Origin: Lentisphaeria bacterium
GTDB taxonomy: Bacteria; Verrucomicrobiota; Lentisphaeria; JABSQK01; JAWLHB01
Assembly (NCBI GenBank): GCA_041690595.1
Contig: JAWLHB010000006.1
Coordinates: 1 to 64,000, forward strand
Direction of reading: 5' to 3'
Length of the DNA: 64,000 nt
Shown here: positions 58,431 to 64,000 of the stretch, one piece after another
Position numbering within the stretch: the first letter of the stretch is position 1
How the letters are laid out: each line of letters opens with the position of its first letter
Position numbers and translations under genes: made by a program
Notes under the pieces: model-generated
Seen by the model: only the letters and a program-made list of their open reading frames with translations
Told to the model about the DNA's origin: nothing
Database searches by the model: none

Positions 58431-61244
58431 ATGGCCAAGTCCAGGAAGAACGATACCAGCAAGACTCGCAAGCCCAAAAAGCCAGCCACCTACCGCGGCT
58501 GGGATACCAGCGACAGCGATGAGATCCTCATTCGCCGGCAACGGGCAGCGGATGAGCCCATGCGGATCACCAGGCTGACGGAGCAGAAGCATCCTTTCGG
58601 CGACTATCAGGTGTCGCGCACCACCGGCGATGAGCAACACCCCTATACGGTCGAGCTGCGCTCACTGGACAAGAGGGTCAACAGTTGCACCTGCCCCGAC
58701 TTCACCAAGAATGGCCTGGGCACCTGCAAACACATCGAGCATGTGCTGCTTCACCTCCCCCAGCGTCGCGGCAAACGCACGGATTCGCCTCAGGTCGAGA
58801 TCTTCATGAGCCGCGATCCCGCCTTCCGCGCCGCCGTCCGCATGCCTGCCGACGCGCCTCCGGAAGTCGCCGCCTTCCTGCGTACCTATCTCAACGCCAT
58901 GGCAGAGCTGAAACAGCCGTGGGAGACGACCCTGCTCGTGCTGCTGCGCGACCTCGACAAGGCTCCCGAAAGCATCCAGCGCCAGATCCGAGTCTCCCGG
59001 GAGATACGCCACGAAGCGGATGCGATTCAGCGCCGCCAGCGGCTGGCCACGGCGCGTTCCGCCATGGCCGAGCGGCTGCGTCAACCCGAAAATGCGCCGG
59101 CCATTGTCCGCCACCGCCTCTACGATTACCAGCAGGAGGGGATGCTCCACCTCGCCTTCACCGGCCGCGCTCTCCTCGCTGACGAGATGGGGCTGGGCAA
59201 GACCGTCCAGGCGATCGCGGCCTGCAAGCTCTTGCGCGACCTCGAAGGGATTCGCCGTGTTCTCATTGTCTGCCCGGCATCGCTCAAGACGGAATGGGAA
59301 GAGCAGATCCGCAAATTCACCAATCTGCCGATCACCCTCGTCTACGGCAGCAGAGCCGAACGCCAGAAGCTCTATGAGAAGACCGATTCCTTCTTCGTCA
59401 TCGCTAACTACGAGCAGATTCTCAACGATCTGGCCACCATCAACAACACCCTTGCCCCCGATGTGGTCATCCTCGATGAAGCCCAGCGCATCAAGAACTG
59501 GCAGACCAAGACCGCCCGCTCGATCAAGCGGCTGTCGGCCCCTTACGCCTTCGTCCTGACCGGCACCCCCCTCGAAAACCGCATCGACGAGATCTATTCG
59601 TTGGTCGAGTTCATCGATCCGCACCTCTTCGGCAGTCTCTTCCGCTTCAACCGCCAGTTCTACACCTTCGATGACCGCGGGCGCGCCAGCGGCCTCAAGA
59701 ACATGCGCCTGCTGCACGACCAGTTGAAGCCCATCATGCTGCGCCGACGCAAGGATCAGATCGCCGAGCAGCTCCCGGAACGGGTCGACAACAACTACTT
59801 CGTCAAGATGACGCCGGCCCAGAAAGCCCGGTATGAAGACTTCGAATCCCCCGTAGCCCAACTGATGGCCAGGGCCGCCCGACGTCCCTTGACCAAGGCC
59901 GAGATGGACAAGCTCCAGTTGCTCCTCAACTGCATGCGCATGACCTGCGACTCCCTTTACGTTCTCGATCAGAAGACCAAGTCTTCACCCAAGATCGACG
60001 AACTGCTCGCCATCCTCGACGATATCTGGACCGACGATCCCACGCGCAAGGTTATCGTCTTTTCCGAGTGGGAGCGCATGCTCTATCTGCTGGCGCAGGC
60101 ACTCGAGAACCAGAAGCTCACCTACGCCTGGCATACAGGCTCCGTGGCGCAGCACAAGCGGCGGGACGAAATCAATCGTTTCAAGGATGATCCCGACTGC
60201 CGCCTCTTCCTTTCCACCGACTCCGGCGCCACCGGCCTCAATCTGCAGGTCGCCAGCGTCGTGGTCAACCTCGACCTTCCCTGGAATCCAGCCAAGCTCG
60301 AACAGCGCATCGCGCGCGCCTGGCGAAAGCACCAGAAGAACAGCGTCCAGGTCATCAATCTCGTGACCGAAGCCAGCATCGAGCACCGCATGCTCAGCAC
60401 CATCGCCGCCAAACGCGAGCTGGCCGACGGCGTCCTCGATGCCCGTGGGGATCTGGACGATCTCCAACTCCCCAACAATCGGGCCGCCTTCCTTCATCGC
60501 CTGGAGCAGATCACCGCCATGCCCGTCGTAGGCCCGGTCCCTGAGACACCCCCAGAGCCTGAAGGCCCACCGCCTGCCGAACGCTTTGCTCAGGATCTCA
60601 CCGTCAAGCTCGGCGATCGGTTGCTCACCTACCGCGCTCGCACCAGCGAAGCGCAGACTGTCGATGCCGCCTTCATCGTCGTCGAAAGCAACGGCGCCGC
60701 CGCGCGTCAGGAAGTTGCCGACATGTGGGCAGCCTCCCATGGCGGCGAGCTCCCCAAACAGGTGCACGTCCTCGATCGCCACGACTATGAACTGATGCAG
60801 CGCCTCGCGGAGAGCGGCATCATCGCCATCAACAACCACGACTTCCACTCTCTCTATGATGCGGACAGTACCGGCAAGGCAAGGAAGGACACCTCCGCCC
60901 GCCGGCGGGAACTGGCGGAGCCACTCCTCACCAAGGCCCAACGCCAACTCAAGATGGCCGATCTCCTTGCCGGCGGCGGTTTTCAGGATGAAGCCATGGC
61001 CCCCCTGCGCAAGGCTGCCGACTTCGCCGGCTGCGCTCTTGCCGTGCTCTGCGCCACGCAACCACCCGACGTCGCTCCCACTGCTTACGATGACGATCTG
61101 CACCAGATCCTGCTCACCCACCGGCCTGTAGACGAGAAGCTCATTCCCCTCCTGGTGACCGAGCCGGGCGACGGCTTTCACCACGGCGTTGCCGCCATCC
61201 TCCAGGCCACTCAGGAAGCTTTTCATCGCCTCGCCCTCGCCTGA
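58431..61244 (+). CDS. SWIM Zn-finger + SNF2-family helicase with C-terminal extension
   Basis: CTCPD...TCKH (SWIM); LADEMGLGKT, LDEAQ, LTGTPLEN, GLNLQ, WNPA..EQRIARA. Confidence 0.92.
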   Translation: MAKSRKNDTSKTRKPKKPATYRGWDTSDSDEILIRRQRAADEPMRITRLTEQKHPFGDYQVSRTTGDEQHPYTVELRSLDKRVNSCTCPDFTKNGLGTCKHIEHVLLHLPQRRGKRTDSPQVEIFMSRDPAFRAAVRMPADAPPEVAAFLRTYLNAMAELKQPWETTLLVLLRDLDKAPESIQRQIRVSREIRHEADAIQRRQRLATARSAMAERLRQPENAPAIVRHRLYDYQQEGMLHLAFTGRALLADEMGLGKTVQAIAACKLLRDLEGIRRVLIVCPASLKTEWEEQIRKFTNLPITLVYGSRAERQKLYEKTDSFFVIANYEQILNDLATINNTLAPDVVILDEAQRIKNWQTKTARSIKRLSAPYAFVLTGTPLENRIDEIYSLVEFIDPHLFGSLFRFNRQFYTFDDRGRASGLKNMRLLHDQLKPIMLRRRKDQIAEQLPERVDNNYFVKMTPAQKARYEDFESPVAQLMARAARRPLTKAEMDKLQLLLNCMRMTCDSLYVLDQKTKSSPKIDELLAILDDIWTDDPTRKVIVFSEWERMLYLLAQALENQKLTYAWHTGSVAQHKRRDEINRFKDDPDCRLFLSTDSGATGLNLQVASVVVNLDLPWNPAKLEQRIARAWRKHQKNSVQVINLVTEASIEHRMLSTIAAKRELADGVLDARGDLDDLQLPNNRAAFLHRLEQITAMPVVGPVPETPPEPEGPPPAERFAQDLTVKLGDRLLTYRARTSEAQTVDAAFIVVESNGAAARQEVADMWAASHGGELPKQVHVLDRHDYELMQRLAESGIIAINNHDFHSLYDADSTGKARKDTSARRRELAEPLLTKAQRQLKMADLLAGGGFQDEAMAPLRKAADFAGCALAVLCATQPPDVAPTAYDDDLHQILLTHRPVDEKLIPLLVTEPGDGFHHGVAAILQATQEAFHRLALA

Positions 61245-61287
61245 TCCACCTTTGCCGCCGCCGCCTTCCCGATCAGATCTTTTTTTA

Positions 61288-61325
61288 ACTTTGCGTTGCA
61301 AAGTAGTTTGTCCATGCACTATAGT
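61288..61325 (+). promoter_or_regulatory. Palindromic operator overlapping a sigma70-like promoter
   Basis: ACTTTGC-GTT-GCAAAGT (61288-61304) overlaps TTGCAA (-35); TATAGT (-10) at 61320-61325. Confidence 0.65.
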
Positions 61326-61366
61326 AGAGCCCTGTCCATATCAAACCCCATCAAAAGCCACCGCCC

Positions 61367-61969
61367 ATGTTCAGCAACCACATTCATGCCGCCCTCGCCC
61401 AGGTAAGAGAGCTGCAGCGGCAGGTCCTCGAGCGACAGCGTTTTCGCGGCTACTCCGACAAAGCGCGCGCAGCATCGGGTGGGGTCGCCATGCTCGCGGC
61501 CATCATTCTCGCGTCACCTCGCATGCCTCGCACCGAACTGACCCACCTGATGGTCTGGCTGCTGGTCTTTCTGTTCGCGCTGATAGCCAACTATGGTGCC
61601 GTCACCTACTGGTTTCTGAACGACCCCAAGGTCAAGCGTGACATTCGCAAGCTGAAGCCCACCCTCGACGTCTTCCCCCCTCTGGGCGTTGGCGCGATCC
61701 TCACCCTCGCGCTCGTCCTCCGGGGCGACTTTCACTATCTCTTCGGCATCTGGATGTGCCTCTTCGGGCTGGCGAACCTGGCGTCGAGACACGTCCTCCC
61801 CCGCCCCATCGCCTATGTCGGCCTTTACTATCTTACCGCCGGTACACTCTGTCTCTTCATCCCACCACTCACCTTCACAAATCCCTGGCCCATGGGCGTG
61901 GTCTTCTTCCTCGGTGAAGGGACCAGCGGAATCATTCTGCGCCTCGACCAACGCCGCAAAATCAGCTGA
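61367..61969 (+). CDS. Hypothetical integral membrane protein
   Basis: About 6 hydrophobic helices after an N-terminal amphipathic helix; directly upstream of a wHTH regulator. Confidence 0.75.
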   Translation: MFSNHIHAALAQVRELQRQVLERQRFRGYSDKARAASGGVAMLAAIILASPRMPRTELTHLMVWLLVFLFALIANYGAVTYWFLNDPKVKRDIRKLKPTLDVFPPLGVGAILTLALVLRGDFHYLFGIWMCLFGLANLASRHVLPRPIAYVGLYYLTAGTLCLFIPPLTFTNPWPMGVVFFLGEGTSGIILRLDQRRKIS

Positions 61970-61985
61970 CGCATTGGAGGTTACA

Positions 61986-62366
61986 ATGCCTACCAGACAC
62001 GACAACCCTTACCAGGCTCTGAAACGGGTCTTTCACGAGCCCAACCGCCTGGCCATTGTCTCCGCTCTCTGCCCCGCCGGCAATGGCCTCACCTTTGGAG
62101 AACTCAAGGATGAATGCGACCTCACCGACGGCAATCTCAGCCGCCACCTCAGAATGCTCGAGGAGAGCAACATCATCTTCATTCGCAAGGAGTTCATCGA
62201 CTCCAGACCCCGCACCACCGTCTTTCTCTCCGATATCGGCCGCGATCGCTTTGTCGACTACCTCGTCGCGCTGGAAGAAGTCTTGAAGCTGGCTGGCGAT
62301 GCGTTGGAGCTGCCCGCCTCCGAATCTGAACTGAGCCTCAACGTGATGAAGGCCGCACGGGCATGA
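61986..62366 (+). CDS. Winged-helix transcriptional regulator (MarR/ArsR-like)
   Basis: FHEPNRLAIVSAL, LTDGNLSRHL..LEE, K.F....PRT. GGAGG RBS before ATG 61986. Confidence 0.88.
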   Translation: MPTRHDNPYQALKRVFHEPNRLAIVSALCPAGNGLTFGELKDECDLTDGNLSRHLRMLEESNIIFIRKEFIDSRPRTTVFLSDIGRDRFVDYLVALEEVLKLAGDALELPASESELSLNVMKAARA

Positions 62367-62416
62367 AAACCACCAGCCATTCCTGCAAAGCTGAGCAACT
62401 TTCAAGGAGCATCCCC

Positions 62417-63661
62417 ATGAAGATCGGCATCGACGCGCTCTCCCTTTACTGCCCGCGCTATTATCTCGATCTCAAGACCATGGCCAGGCACCGCGATGTC
62501 CCCCATGAGAAGTATTACGAAGGCATCGGCCAGGAACGCATGGCCATGCCCGCCCCCGACGAGGACATCGTCACCATGGCCGCCAATGCCGCCAGCCGAG
62601 TGCTCACCGGCATTGACCTCGCCACCATCGACACACTCATGTTTGCCACCGAGTCCGGTATCGATCAGTCCAAGGCAGCGGCAATCTACGTGCACCGTCT
62701 TCTCGGGCTGCCCAGCAGCTGCAAGGCTTTCGAAGTGAAGCAGGCCTGCTGCAGCAGCACCATGGCCCTGCAGATGGCCATGGGCCAGGTCGCCCTGAAC
62801 CCCAATCGCCGGGTCCTGATTGTCGCCTCCGACGTCGCCCGCTACGAGCTTGGCACCGCCGGCGAACCCACTCAGGGCGCCGGCGCCTCCGCCATCCTCA
62901 TCTCCGCCAATCCGCGACTCCTCGCTCTCGATCATGAATCCGGCGCCTATACCGAAGATGTCATGGACTTCTGGCGCCCCAATTACCTCGAGCACGCCCT
63001 TGTCGACGGCAAGTATTCCATGCGGATCTACATCAAGGCGCTCACCGAGGCCTGGCAGCAGTATCGCCAACAGTCCGAGCGCTCCTACGGCGACTTCCAT
63101 CGCTTCGTCTACCATCTTCCCTTCACCCGCATGGCGGAAAAGGCACATGCCAGCCTGGCAAAGCTCGAACATGTCACCCTGGCGAAGGAAGATCTCGACG
63201 ACCGGCTGCACGAATCCCTCCATTTCAGCCGCCTGATCGGCAACTGCTATACCGCCGCCCTCTACATCAGCCTGCTCTCCCTGCTGGAAAACAGCCGCGA
63301 CGATCTGGCCGGCAAGCGCGTCGGACTCTTCAGCTATGGATCCGGCTGTGTCGGCATCTTCTTCAGCGGCGTTGTTCAGCCCGGCTATCAGGAGCATCTC
63401 CATCGAGTCGAGCACTACAGCATGCTGACCGATCGCATCGAACTCTCCTGGAAGCAATACCTCGACTTCTACAACTTCGCACTGCCCACCGACGGCAGCT
63501 CCCGCGGGACACGCCGCCATTCCACCGGCCGCTTCCGCCTTGCCGGCATCGAGGACCACCAGCGCCAGTATGAAATCGTGGACGCCATGCCGGCCACGCA
63601 GATCATCAATCGCACCACCAACCCAATCGTCGAGAAGGATCTCTCCGTCATCGGCACCTGA
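62417..63661 (+). CDS. mvaS: Hydroxymethylglutaryl-CoA synthase
   Basis: MKIGID, GIGQ, ATESG.D.SKA (Glu), KQAC (Cys), GEPTQGAGA, DFWRP, HLPF (His), GN.YT, FSYGSG. AAGGAG RBS before ATG 62417. Confidence 0.92.
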   Translation: MKIGIDALSLYCPRYYLDLKTMARHRDVPHEKYYEGIGQERMAMPAPDEDIVTMAANAASRVLTGIDLATIDTLMFATESGIDQSKAAAIYVHRLLGLPSSCKAFEVKQACCSSTMALQMAMGQVALNPNRRVLIVASDVARYELGTAGEPTQGAGASAILISANPRLLALDHESGAYTEDVMDFWRPNYLEHALVDGKYSMRIYIKALTEAWQQYRQQSERSYGDFHRFVYHLPFTRMAEKAHASLAKLEHVTLAKEDLDDRLHESLHFSRLIGNCYTAALYISLLSLLENSRDDLAGKRVGLFSYGSGCVGIFFSGVVQPGYQEHLHRVEHYSMLTDRIELSWKQYLDFYNFALPTDGSSRGTRRHSTGRFRLAGIEDHQRQYEIVDAMPATQIINRTTNPIVEKDLSVIGT

Positions 63662-63673
63662 TCCCCCCGCGAT

Positions 63674-63721
63674 GTCAGACAAGTCAGACAAGTCAGACAA
63701 GTCAGACAAGTCAGACAAGTC
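63674..63721. repeat. Perfect 9-bp tandem repeat (GTCAGACAA) x5
   Basis: Read directly between the mvaS stop and the convergent gene. Confidence 0.9.
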
Positions 63722-63773
63722 GATCCTTTAAGGAGCGGTTGAACCATCATCTCGCGTCGCTTCCACCGAAACG

Positions 63774-64000
63774 CTACTTACCCGATGACGTCCCACCCGG
63801 CGGATTGAGCCAGTCTGCCCAACTGCCGCGGTAGAAGAGATAGCTGGTGCCGCCCTGCAACTGCAGATGGTGCACCTCGGCCGGATCGAGTTGGCGACGC
63901 GAGAAAAGCTCATAGAGCGATTCACTCCGGGGCAGGGTCAGAGTGCGCACCCCTTCGCTTTCCGTGTGCAGCAGAATGAAGGTGTCATTCACCATCAGCA
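63774..64000 (-). CDS. C-terminal part of a hypothetical protein (start likely beyond window edge)
   Basis: Frame is open from the right edge to the stop at 63774. Confidence 0.5.
   Translation of the reverse strand, partial: LMVNDTFILLHTESEGVRTLTLPRSESLYELFSRRQLDPAEVHHLQLQGGTSYLFYRGSWADWLNPPGGTSSGK

Overview
High-GC bacterial chromosomal DNA, probably from a PVC-superphylum (Lentisphaerae-like) organism. That placement is an inference from gene content and repeat style, not a database result. Left to right: (1) a YD/RHS-repeat protein running off the left edge; (2) a reduced division-cluster head: a 10-bp-period MraZ-box array, mraZ, an FtsL-like ORF, a class-B PBP lacking its transpeptidase domain and no rsmH; (3) a transglutaminase / FHA-PEGA / NHL / vWA / MoxR cluster followed by acpS, nnr and an M50 protease; (4) a repeat-rich intergenic zone with a decayed ankyrin gene; (5) an accessory module (DegT-type aminotransferase divergent from IclR, QueG/RdhA-like Fe-S protein, PhyH dioxygenase, U32-family protein) bracketed by two arrays of one palindromic repeat family; (6) two putative glycoside hydrolases and an OleB/haloalkane-dehalogenase-like hydrolase; (7) tRNA-Arg(CCG), lepA-lepB; (8) fixC-fixX-etfB-etfA-acyl-CoA dehydrogenase; (9) sulfatase-ribD-ribE-EamA; (10) hflX, cmk and a SWIM-SNF2 helicase with a HEPN-like tail; (11) a membrane protein / wHTH regulator / HMG-CoA synthase operon with a palindromic operator. 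No CRISPR array, integrase or transposase was seen. The + strand shifts from G-rich to C-rich near the middle of the window. All product calls come from motif recognition by eye.
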